A DNA stretch of 64,000 bases from NCBI GenBank assembly GCA_950097015.1, contig CATNEN010000038.1, forward strand, positions 25,544,001-25,608,000. Reading direction: 5' to 3'. This stretch comes from Macrostomum hystrix (Eukaryota; Animalia; Platyhelminthes). Below, piece after piece: positions 1-12,000 of this stretch. How positions within the stretch are numbered: position 1 is the stretch's first letter; each line of letters starts with the position of its first letter. The notes under the pieces are model-generated. The model made no database searches, was not told where the DNA came from, and was given only the letters and a program-made list of their open reading frames with translations. Both the position numbers and the translations under genes were made by a program.

Positions 1-3000
1 TGTCAGTGGGCAGCGGCAGCACCTCCGGCAGCGCCCGCAGCAGGTAGGTGAGGGTGCCGAAGCGGCCGCTGGGTGCTGTGTCATAGAAGTAGCCGCAGAG
101 GCCGCAGGCTCCGCAGCCATCGCCGCCACCGATACGACAGCCGCAGTTGCCGAAGCCACCGCTGTCAGACTGGTTAGCGCCAGCCAGATGGTCCTCCAAG
201 AAGATGCGATTGGCAGCGTGGACCAGCTGTTCCACTGGAAGAATGCGGCCCTGGCGGTTCGACAAGCGAATCTGACTTTAGTGACATTTTCACTGCTAGA
301 CGTGAAATGCTTCCCACCAGAAGCCACTTTTCTTAATTAAATATCCCAGTAGATCTCCCTGAGTTCATCTAGTAGATCTCCCTGAGTTTATCTAGTAGAT
401 CTCCGTGAGTTCATCTAGTAGATCTCCCTGAGTTTATCTAGTAGATCTCCGTGAGTTCATCTAGTAGATCTCCGTGAGTTCATCTAGTAGATCTCCCTGA
501 GTTCATCTAGTAGATCTCCGTGAGTTCATCTAGTAGATCTCCCTGAGTTCATCTAGTAGATCTCCCTGAGTTTATCTAGTAGATCTCCGTGAGTTCATCT
601 AGTAGATCTCCCTGAGTTTATCTAGTAGATCTCCGTGAGTTCATCTAGTAGATCTCCGTGAGTTTATCTAGTAGATCTCCGTGAGTTCATCTAGTAGATC
701 TCCGTGAGTTCATCTAGTAGATCTCCGTGAGTTCATCTAGTAGATCTCCGTGAGTTCATCTAGTAGATATCCCTGAGTTCATCTAGTAGATATCCCTGAG
801 TTCATCTAGTAGATATCCCTGAGTTCATCTAGTAGATCTCCGTGAGTTTATCTAGTAGATCTCCGTGAGTTCATCTAGTAGATCTCCGTGAGTTCATCTA
901 GTAGATCTCCGTGAGTTCATCTAGTAGATCTCCCTGAGTTTATCTAGTAGATCTCCGTGAGTTCATCTAGTAGATCTCCGTGAGTTCATCTAGTAGATCT
1001 CCGTGAGTTCATCTAGTAGATCTCCGTGAGTTCATCTAGTAGATCTCCCTGAGTTCATCTAGTAGATCTCCGTGAGTTCATCTAGTAGATCTCCCTGAGT
1101 TCATCTAGTAGATCTCCCTGAGTTTATCTAGTAGATCTCCGTGAGTTCATCTAGTAGATCTCCCTGAGTTTATCTAGTAGATCTCCGTGAGTTCATCTAG
1201 TAGATCTCCGTGAGTTTATCTAGTAGATCTCCGTGAGTTCATCTAGTAGATCTCCGTGAGTTCATCTAGTAGATCTCCGTGAGTTCATCTAGTAGATCTC
1301 CGTGAGTTCATCTAGTAGATATCCCTGAGTTCATCTAGTAGATATCCCTGAGTTCATCTAGTAGATATCCCTGAGTTCATCTAGTAGATCTCCGTGAGTT
1401 TATCTAGTAGATCTCCGTGAGTTCATCTAGTAGATCTCCGTGAGTTCATCTAGTAGATCTCCGTGAGTTCATCTAGTAGATCTCCCTGAGTTTATCTAGT
1501 AGATCTCCGTGAGTTCATCTAGTAGATCTCCGTGAGTTCATCTAGTAGATCTCCGTGAGTTCATCTAGTAGATCTCCGTGAGTTCATCTAGTAGATCTCC
1601 GTGAGTTCATCTAGTAGATCTCCTTGAGTTCATCTAGTAGATCTCCCTGAGCTCATCTAGTAGATCTCCGTGAGCTCATCTAGTAGATATCCCTGAGCTC
1701 ATCTAGTAGATCTCCGTGAGTTCATCTAGTAGATCTCCGTGAGTTCATCTAGTAGATCTCCCTGAGTTTATCTAGTAGATCTCCGTGAGTTCATCTAGTA
1801 GATCTCCGTGAGTTCATCTAGTAGATCTCCGTGAGTTTATCTAGTAGATCTCCGTGAGTTCATCTAGTAGATCTCCTTGAGTTCATCTAGTAGATCTCCC
1901 TGAGCTCATCTAGTAGATCTCCCTGAGCTCATCTAGTAGATATCCCTGAGCTCATCTAGTAGATCTCCGTGAGTTCATCTAGTAGATCTCCGTGAGTTCA
2001 TCTAGTAGATCTCCCTGAGTTCATCTAGTAGATCTCCGTGAGTTCATCTAGTAGATCTCCGTGAGTTCATCTAGTAGATATCCCTGAGTTCATCTAGTAG
2101 ATATCCCTGAGTTCATCTAGTAGATCTCCGTGAGTTTATCTAGTAGATCTCCGTGAGTTCATCTGGTAGATATCCCTGAGTTCATCTAGTAGATCTCCGT
2201 GAGTTCATCTGGTAGATATCCTTGAGTTCATCTAGTAGATATCCCTGAGTTCATCCGTATGTATGTGTATGTGTATGTGGTATCTGTGTGTGTGCTCAGG
2301 AGTCAGCAGAATGTGCAGAGTTGCTGTGCACACAGCTCTCCTCCAATTATTATTATTGCTTATACTCTCTCACCTGTAAGCTGACAATGTGATTGCCGGG
2401 ATCCACATCAGGCAGACGAACCAGGAGGCTGAGAGCTTCAACAACTAGCTGCCTGTATTCTGGTACCGGCACTGACGTGATTATTGATTCCACCTGATTT
2501 TCAAATGCAACGCAGGCTTTAAATAAATCGCAAACCATTTTTAAACTGTTTCCGCGATTTCTAAATTTCTTTTGTAAATAATGACATTGCTTCTTTCTTT
2601 CTCAAAGAAAGCTTTCCCAAAGATTTCCCAAATTGTTTCTATAGTTCTAATACTGTAATCACAATTCCGAAATTGCTTGCACAGTTCCAATATTGCTTCC
2701 CAAGCAATCAAAGAGCACTAGCAGCAAACCTGGAGCGCGAATTTCGCTTCCCCAGCCGTCATCTCTCTAGTCAAATGTTGGCCAATGATCTGGCCGTGAA
2801 TGCTCAGACCGTCGACTCGTTCAAGCAGTCGCCACATTTGGCGATAAAATCCGGCCGGCACTCGACTTAGGGCGCCGTCGATTTTACGCCGACGCAGCCA
2901 TTGGCCTCGCCTGTCCGAGCTCATCGTCTGGTTGAGCCGGCTCTCCGCAGCTTCCGCCGACAGCGGCCTGAAGTCGATCAGGCGACTGTCCGACTAGGAT

Positions 3001-6000
3001 GAGTTGGACACGGCATGGGTGTCTGTTGCTTCATATTTTGGTGTCTGGGTGATAGGGAATTTTTTTCTGCGTCTTGTCTGATGTCTGACGTCTTGTGTCT
3101 TGGTGTCTGATGTCTTGGTGTCTGATGCCTTGGTGTCTGATGTCTTGGTGTCTGATGTCTTGGTGTCTGATGTCTTGGTGTCTGATGTCTTGGTGTCTGA
3201 TGTCTTGGTGTCTAATGCCTTGGTGTCTGATGTCTTGGTGTCTGATGCCTTGGTGTCTGATGTCTGACGTCTTGTGTCTTGGTGTCTGATGTCTTGGTGT
3301 CTGATGCCTTGGTGTCTGATGTCTTGGTGTCTGATGTCTTGGTGTCTGATGTCTTGGTGTCTGATGTCTTGGTGTCTGATGTCTTGGTGTCTAATGCCTT
3401 GGTGTCTGATGTCTTGGTGTCTGATGTCTTGGTGTCTGATGCCTTGGTGTCTGATGTCTTGGTGTCTGATGTCTTGGTGTCTGATGTCTTGGTGTCTGAT
3501 GTCTTGGTGTCTGATGTCTTGGTGTCTAATGCCTTGGTGTCTGATGTCTTGGTGTCTGATGTCTTGGTGCCTGATGTCTTGGTGTCTGATGTCTTGGTGT
3601 CTGATGTCTTGGTGTCTGATGTCTTGGTGTCTGATGTCTTGGTGTCTGATGTCTTGGTGTCTGATGCCCTGTGTCTATGGTGACTGGCACGTAGTAACTG
3701 AGGTGTCTGGTGTCTAATGTATTGTGCCTGATGCTTTGTGTCTTGGTTCTGACGCCTCGTGTCTTGTGTCTAGACCTCAGTGTCTGGTTGTCTTGTATTT
3801 TGCCCTTTTTAGTGTGTCTGCAGTGAAGTCGTCTACTCTTAGGCGTGAAAAAGATCAGACAAACAGTCAAGTGTCAGAAAAAAAGTACATAAAATAATAA
3901 ACCTACCTCAAGCGTTACTTTTTCATCTTCAGCTAAAAAGTAAGTGAAAAATACAACAAACTTAAGATCGATATTTAGAGCAACCTTGCCAAAATAATAT
4001 TACAGCATGCCAAGGAGAAAGTTTACTCACTGTACTCAGCTCTAAACTCCTTTCCGCTCAGAATGTGATGCAGCAGTGTTTTCATCTCGTACGGACTCAG
4101 GCCAAGCAGATGCTCTGTGGCCTCTTCGGCTTAAAGAGGAATGAGCACGACAAGCCTTCATGTCAATCGTTAAAATGAAGACAATAAGCATAGCTTTTTT
4201 GGTCGATTGACCAGTGCAAACGCTAGAATAGGTAATAAATGGTTTTAAAGAGCTCACCGTTCAGACCCAAAGCTCGACCCATCTCGGACCCCATGACTCG
4301 CACAATGAGTCCAACCCGAACCCGGCAGGTGCTGGCAAACAGTTGGGGCTCGGTGCGGGCTAGCATGCTCAGATAGACTAGCAGCTCCTGGGTGAGCACG
4401 CTGAGGGTGAGATCGCCGGCGCAGGCTGAACGAATGCTAGCTGCCAGAGCCGCGGATGCCAGCGGGGAACTGATGACAGCGCTGGGCGGCTCAGGCGGAA
4501 GGCCCACTGTCACCTATCATTGGTCGATAGTGATTTATTTTTCTCTCGCCAGAGTGGGGTAAAACTTGCTAGTCCACTCTACTAAAATGAAAAAGTTGCT
4601 GGCTTGCTTGTTTGCAATCGTTTATCTCTCAAACGGGTCAACAGATTTTCACCGTTCCTTCACCAATATATACCGAACGGCCCAACCAATTTTCTCCGTT
4701 CCTTCACCAAAAGATGTATAATGGGCCCGAATCGGTACGCGTACTCTTATTTTTAATAAACTTAACTTCATTGCTAGGGGGATTAAGGCCACAAGGAGCG
4801 TGGCTAAATGGATAGTTATATAAACAAAAATATTCTGCAACAGTTCTGTGACAACCTGCAGAGTTTCCATTTAAAGATTTAAAAGTCTTAAAAACACAAA
4901 TAGCTAAATCACACCTGCTTCTGCCGTACTAGCAGATCCGTCAGAAACATTGGCAAGTTTTCCACTCTCTTGTCAAGCATACCGGCTGTGAATCGAACCA
5001 GCCACCACTGACGCAGCGAGCCGGCACGCTCGTACAGTTCTTTGACAAGGTCGCGAACGGTAATTGACCCGCCCGACTCAGCTGAGCTGCCGTTCTCCCG
5101 CCAGCCAGTGTCAAAGTCCAGCCCCCTGGATGTCCAGTTCAAATTGATGCATTGAGAATAATCAAATTTGACTAATTAAATTATGTGCCAAGGGCTTTTA
5201 TGTCGATTACCCGAAATGTCATGACGGATAAATAGCTTAATCTCTGGATAGAAGATACGCTCCCGTACGCTGTGTACAGCTATTCAGTCCGTGGACGTGG
5301 GAAGCCGCATAAAAACCCAAATTTCAAGTAATTGAGGATCCTATGGGCCACTCTGATATACCATGAGTCAGTGAGGAAATCTCATTAGTTAGTGGTGATG
5401 TCCCATTAGTCTGCCGTGGGGATTTCTCATGGTTTAATCAGGATACCCCATGGATCAAGGAGGATCGGTGGTTCAGAGGAGGAGTGGGTCAGGTAAAATT
5501 CCTAGTCGATTGACCTGTTCAAGTAGAGCTGATACAGCAGATCAAACTGCTCATAAAGCTGATCGGACATCTCCAATTTTCTCAACAATTCCTGATCAGC
5601 TAAATCAACCAGTCGGTGACCGGAAGCTGACCGACTGTCGTTGCTGCTTTTGCTGCCGGCGAAGAGGTCGCCGCCTCGATCTCGGCCGTGCCGAAGCACC
5701 CGTTTCATGTTTTCGCTGCTGTCAACGTGCTCCACAGCTGTTGGCTGCCGCAGCTTGTGTGTCACTTCAGTGAAGGTGTGGGTTGTTAGATGCGGTGTGA
5801 AACGCGTGGCAGTTAAAGTGCACTTGAGTTTCATTACTAATTTTCTATTCTCATGTCTGGTCTCAATCTAGTTCTGTATTCTCATTACTATCATGCAGCA
5901 TCTAATGGTAGTTAAAAAACGTTAAAAAAGAGTTTTAACAAAGCATTCATACAAATAGAAGTGACATGCTGTTAATATCAAGCCCATATGAATATAGACC

Positions 6001-9000
6001 GGTTTCAAGGACTGCGTACAGTTTGCTCTGTCCATGGACTGCGGAGGCCGCCTCACGAACGCTAATTTCTACCTCAGCTGATGCTCGATACACATTCCAC
6101 AGCTGGGGTGAACTGAAGCAGTTAGCAATTAGGGTGTAATTATTGCTGAAGAACACTATTTGTTTACCTACGGGCTAGATATTGTGACAAAAAAAACAAA
6201 ACATGGCTGTGTTAGTCCAGTGGAATAAAATTGACTCTATTTTAAACAACTACAAGTAGTCTCATGTACTATTATTCTGAATCTTCTCTTCGGCCAGTTC
6301 CTCGCAGTCTTCAATAACTGCGCGCCACGATGGCGTTCGTCTCAATCCTGATCCGTCGCAAACTGAATTTAATCGCTGATAGGCCAATAGCAAAGGCGAG
6401 GAGTGATCTGTGAAAGCGAAATCGATTTTTAAGCTTCATTTTTAGCAACTACATTATCGCAAGTCACTCGGGTAATGAAAATTTTAATAGCGAAAACGTA
6501 GGAATCGATAAGTTCAAAATAATTGAATCAGTTTTACACAAGATTTTGCGATATGATTGTTTAGATCAACAATTAAGCACCATATTATAATTTTTGAATA
6601 TGTAATCTGTATAATCTGTGATTATATTCGTAAAGTGCGCCAAAATTGAAATACTAAGAATTACTAGAATCATCTTCATGCGAGTGCCTAACTTCAGCCA
6701 GTATCTGACTGAGATTTGGCAGAATGCCAAGTGCGGAGAAGCCGGAACTTCGACGACGAGAATGCCTGTAGCTGCTGTCACCCATGCTGTCAGAACTGGG
6801 ACCTGACATAGTGCAATGAGGACAAAACAAATCTATTGAAATATACTCGTACATATATGCAGAAAGTCACGGATTCGAGCTCAAGGACTTAAGTGCGACA
6901 GTCGGGCGCGCTACCGCTCTGCCAATAGGCCTCCAACTTCGTAGTAATTACATGACGAGGCATTCGGTTCAGTTATTACTCCCGACGTTTACATCATACC
7001 TGATGTTTCTAGAGCCACCGAACTCACCAATACTGTGCCTCTCTTCTTCGAAAGATGCCGAAGCTGCTGCTGCTGTAGTCGTGGCGGCAGCTGCGGCAGC
7101 CGCGGCGGCAGCGAAGACGTCCAAGCTGGCGACACCATCTGCAACGTCGAGATCTTCGCCGAGCTCCTCGGAGACGGCGCTGCTCAGGATCACGGATTTT
7201 CTTCGTCGCGAAGCGGCAGCGGCCAAACGGACGACACGCACGCGGGCTGTGTCTCCGCTGTCGCCAGTTGATTCGGTGTCGTCAGCGCTGAAATCGTCGA
7301 AATAGCTCGTCGTCGGAGTTTTCGACGGCGTCGGCGGCGCGGCGGAGCCGAGGCGGCAGCGGCCGCGGCTTCGTCGAGAGGATTCGTTCGCGGCGCTGGC
7401 CCGGGCCTTCGCCAGCAGGTCATCTGGTGGAGGATTAGTTGATGAGTTGACGATCTGAGAAGAAGCTGAGATTCAAACTCCAGACACTTCGTTAAAAGTT
7501 CCAAACCCTTGATCGATTGAGCTTCGCTTTATATTTGACTTGTTGATGAAATAAATATCGACGCAGACGATTTGAAGTTATACAAAGAAAAGTTCAAGAA
7601 AAACTTTAAAAATTTAACGAGGGTATTTTGCTAAACGATAAAAAGTTACATTTTGTCTTGAACCCGCGGTCGATACAGAGAACGATGCAGACGATAAATT
7701 TTATAGAGAGATAGAGAGAGAGACGACCGATAAACAAAAACGCAGGCCGAGTAAAAAATACGATATACTCGTAGTTTCCTAGCTTAAGTACAGCGAGAGA
7801 GTCTATTTCTTTTTTATCTTGAACTGAGCTGAGAGGGTTGGCGTATCTTGAACTGAGCGGAGAGGGTTGGCGTATCTTGAACTGAGCGGAGAGGGGTTGG
7901 CGTATCTTGAACTGAGCGGAGAGGGGTTGGCGTTTCTTGAACTGAGCGGAGAGGGGTTGGCGTTTCTTGAACTGAGCGGAGATGGGTTGGCGTATCTTGA
8001 ACTGAGCGGAGAGGGGTTGGCGTATCTTTAACTGAGCGGAGAGGGGTTGGCGTTTCTTGAACTGAGCGGAGAGGGGTTGGCGTATCTTGAACTGAGCGGA
8101 GAGGGGTTGGCGTATCTTTAACTGAGCTGAGAGGGGTTGGCGTTTCTTGAACTGAGCGGAGAGGGGTTGGCGTTTCTTGAACTGAGCGGAGAGGGGTTGG
8201 CGTTTCTTGAACTGAGCTGAGAGGGTTGGCGTATCTTGAACTGAGCGGAGAGGGGTTGGCGTATCTTGTCTTAGCGGAGAGGGTTGGCGTATCTTGAACT
8301 GAGCGGAGAGGGGTTGGCGTATCTTGTCTTAGCGGAGAGGGGTTGGCGTATCTTGAACTGAGCGGAGAGGGTTGGCGTATCTTGAACTGAGCGGAGAGGG
8401 TTGGCGTATCTTGAACTGAGCTGAGAGGGTTGGCGTATCTTGAACTGAGCTGAGAGGGTTGGCGTATCTTGAACTGAGCGGAGAGGGGTTGGCGTATCTT
8501 GTCTTAGCGGAGAGGGGTTGGCGTATCTTGTCTTAGCGGAGAGGGGTTGGCGTATCTTGAACTGAGCGGAGAGGGTTGGCGTATCTTGAACTGAGCGGAG
8601 AGGGGTTGGCGTTTCTTGAACTGAGCGGAGAGGGGTTGGCGTATCTTGAACTTAGCGGAGAGGGGTTGGCGTATCTTGAACTGAGCGGAGAGGGGTTAGT
8701 AAGACTGGGTTGGGGAGCACGAATGGGGTAAGAGAAAGTGGAAAGAGATCAAAGGTAGGGGTTTAGAACCAGACAGAATTAAAGCGAGGTGAGAACTGAC
8801 AATAAAGAATCGGATTTATTACTAAAAATTTTCCTTCTTTAAATAATCGAGAAAACCATGCCATTTATCGGTGCAAGTCAATCGGTTTTGTTTTCCTAGA
8901 AGCATCTTTAAACTAATAAAGAGCGACGAGCAACGGTAAGATTGACAGAAGAAGTAAGAACCGATTGAGTCAGTTTATTCATTAGTACCTAGTAACAAGC

Positions 9001-12000
9001 GACTTGTAAATTACAAGTTTAGAGGTATGTAAGGAACTCACCGCCTTGGCTAGTATTTAAAAACGACATTTGAGTGACGCAGCTGGTATCCACAAAGTCC
9101 GCTAGATTGCCAAGAGTCACCCTGCAATGATGCGTGTTTGATGCTTAGAAATGACACTAGGGGGCTAGATGTACAGTCATGTGGCACAACCGCAGCTACT
9201 GCTCGGCGCATACAGAGGCCATGAAGAACTGGTAATAACGATAAAAGATAATTGAGGTGCTTTCCGTGGGAGAAGTCGTTAAAGAGGCATTTGAGACGAT
9301 CGAGAAGCGTTTGAGTCGTTAGAGAAGCTTTTGAGTCGTTAGAGAAGCGTTAGAGTTGTTAGAGAAGCATTATAGCGCTCGTTGTTATAAGATGGTTTTG
9401 AGTCGTTCGTTGTTTTAGTCGTTAACAGAAGCGTTTAAGACGACAGAGAAGCGTGTTTGAGTCTCTAGAGTAGCGTTTCAGTTGTTAGAGATGCGTTTGA
9501 GACGATAAGGAAGTGGTTGAGACGATAGAGAGACATTTCAGTAGTTAGACAAGCATCTTAGTAGTTTTAAGAGCTCGTATTTAGCCTACACGATGAAAAC
9601 TAGGAGATAACGTGACAAGCATCACTGACTCATTGTAGAGTCTATGCTGGAGCTGCTGCCACATCCAGTCGAAGAGCAAGAAACATACTAAAAAATGCAA
9701 ATAGTACAAACCTGGTTCCATTAATATAGCCACTCTGCAATTTCTTAATAGTCGTTAGCAAAGCGGACTGCGATGCGTCGACAATGTCGGGGTTAAAGTA
9801 CCAGTGATAGACTGGAATGACAAAAAGCGGCCTGCCCACAGCCGACCAGGCGCTGCGCAAATATGCAACATCGGTGCGGAACAGATCCAACAGGAAGTTG
9901 ACATCCAGACTCAGATAAAACGAATGGTGATCGAGAAACTGCGGCGTGAATGCCACCGTCCTAGAGCCGACAACGTACAGCCGGCTGGTGGCCATGATGC
10001 CAACATCGCTGACAGGACGGCCGCTGAGGCCAAGCTTAGGACAACGGCCCAGGTGGCGATAGAAATGGCCTAATACTTTGGCAGGGAAAACGCGAATCTT
10101 TGTTGCCGAGTGAACCTCGCTGAAGTCTTGAACCTTGGAGATTTTAGGAGCCGAAAGGTTGTGATGTAGAAATATTATTACCCTAACAGCTGACAGTGTC
10201 AGAACTAGTGTTAGCTGACAGTTTCTGAATCATTCTCAGCTGACAATGTCTGCATTATTATACTGTTTACAATAACAGTCTGTATTAGCGTCAGCTGACA
10301 GTGTCAGTACTAGTGTCAACTGACAGTGTCAGTACTTGTGTCAGCTGACAGTGTCAGTACTAGTGTCAACTGTCAGTGTCAGTACTAGTGTCAACTGACA
10401 GTGTCAGTACTTGTGTCAACTGTCAGTGTCAGTACTAGTGTCAGCTGACAGTGTCAGTACTAGTGTCAGCTGACAGTGTCAGTACTAGTGTCAGCTGACA
10501 GTGTCAGAATTATTATCGGCTGACAGTTTCAGTACTAGTGTCAGCTGACAGTGTCTTAACTAACCTGCTTGAGTCCAAACCGAGTCTGCAGGGTCCGCTT
10601 AATCTTGGCATCCTCGGCAATGACAACCACCTGTACCACCAGATCCGGTTTGGGTTCGAGCGCCAGACGCCTACCGATGGGATCGAGCTCCTGGGGTCGG
10701 AGGAAGCCGTCGCGAAGTAGGCAGCAGATGGCGTACACTGACTGGGTCCACAGGTGCGGCAGCGGTCCGACTGGGACTCGGTCCTGACTGCCCGGCTGCA
10801 ACCGTTCGACCGACACCTTGGGGATCAAATTGTGGGGATTCTGATGAAGGATTACAATAGACAATCGGAGCTGGAAGATTATCAAATATTATTTGGATTA
10901 TTGTTAAAGATTTGATCTCTAACTTAACCACTCAAGACTATGCTATCCCTAATTTAACCTACAAAGACCATATAATAATAACTATTATTATAGCAGGAGG
11001 GCTGCGGGCAATGGCACATCATTTGGTGACACTAGACCCGCAGCCAGCGAGGAGGCAATTCTGCCCATTCCGCTGACTCCTGAGCACACACGCACACAGG
11101 TACTGTACACAGGCATACGCTCCCTCAGGCGTGTACATCTGCCCTGACTTTCTCATCGTCAGGCTGTGTACACTCTCACTGTGCCTTGGAGGTTGGCCCT
11201 CAATTGTGTAAATTGCCACTACAAGCCCCAAGCCTTCTCTCCGCGACTGCGCCCCAAATGAATGTGGCCTCGCCGCGGAATCGAGCTTAGGGACATTGGA
11301 GCGAGAGGCAAACGCTTTAACGAGGCAAACTCAGCCACTCAACGTACCCTACCAAGGCAATAAGATCCCTATTTAACTTACATGTAGAAAGGCAAATGAT
11401 AACCCTAATTTAACATAAAAAACACCTTTAGACTGAAAATTTAACTGCAAAAGCGAACAATGGGATGAAACCTTATCGGCAGGCACCGCGAATGACTCAG
11501 GGAGCTCAGGAAAGCCAGTCGCTGACTTGCTGGCCAAGCTGTCCAACAGAGCAGCGTATTTATCAGCTTTGACGGAGTCTTCAGCAAACAAAGCCTCCAA
11601 AAGCAGATAGCAGAAAAACATGGGCCATTCACATTCGATATTTTCAAATTGCTTCAATTCCCAAGGTTCGTAGTAGAGTCTGGTGGAATCCTCCACGGCT
11701 GTCCTGTAGCCGTCTCGAAGGAATCGACAACAGCCGTACCTATGGGAAGACGGATATTTTGGGATTGGCAAGCACAGCTTATAGTGATTCGGGTAGTATT
11801 TTAACAAAGATTTGGAGGAAAATAATTATAATTCTGGGAGGGCTGTGGGCCCAGTAGCTGATCCCTTGAGCCCCCCACACACGAACACAGGTGCGTACAT
11901 CTACCCCGAAGTTTTCGTTGTCAGGCAGTGTACAGTCTCACTCCTCAATGGCGTAAATTGCACTACAAGCCTCCAAGCCTGATTTTGAGGATAATAAATA

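Noticed and set aside
347-2255. CRISPR-like appearance of the regular repeats
   Set aside because: Units are contiguous with no unique spacers, there are no cas genes, and the context is a eukaryotic intron.
5947-6156. Possible third PHKA cassette exon (ORF 5947-6156)
   Set aside because: No splice-site pair gives a stop-free phase-1 symmetric exon, and the region contains the dispersed repeat motif.
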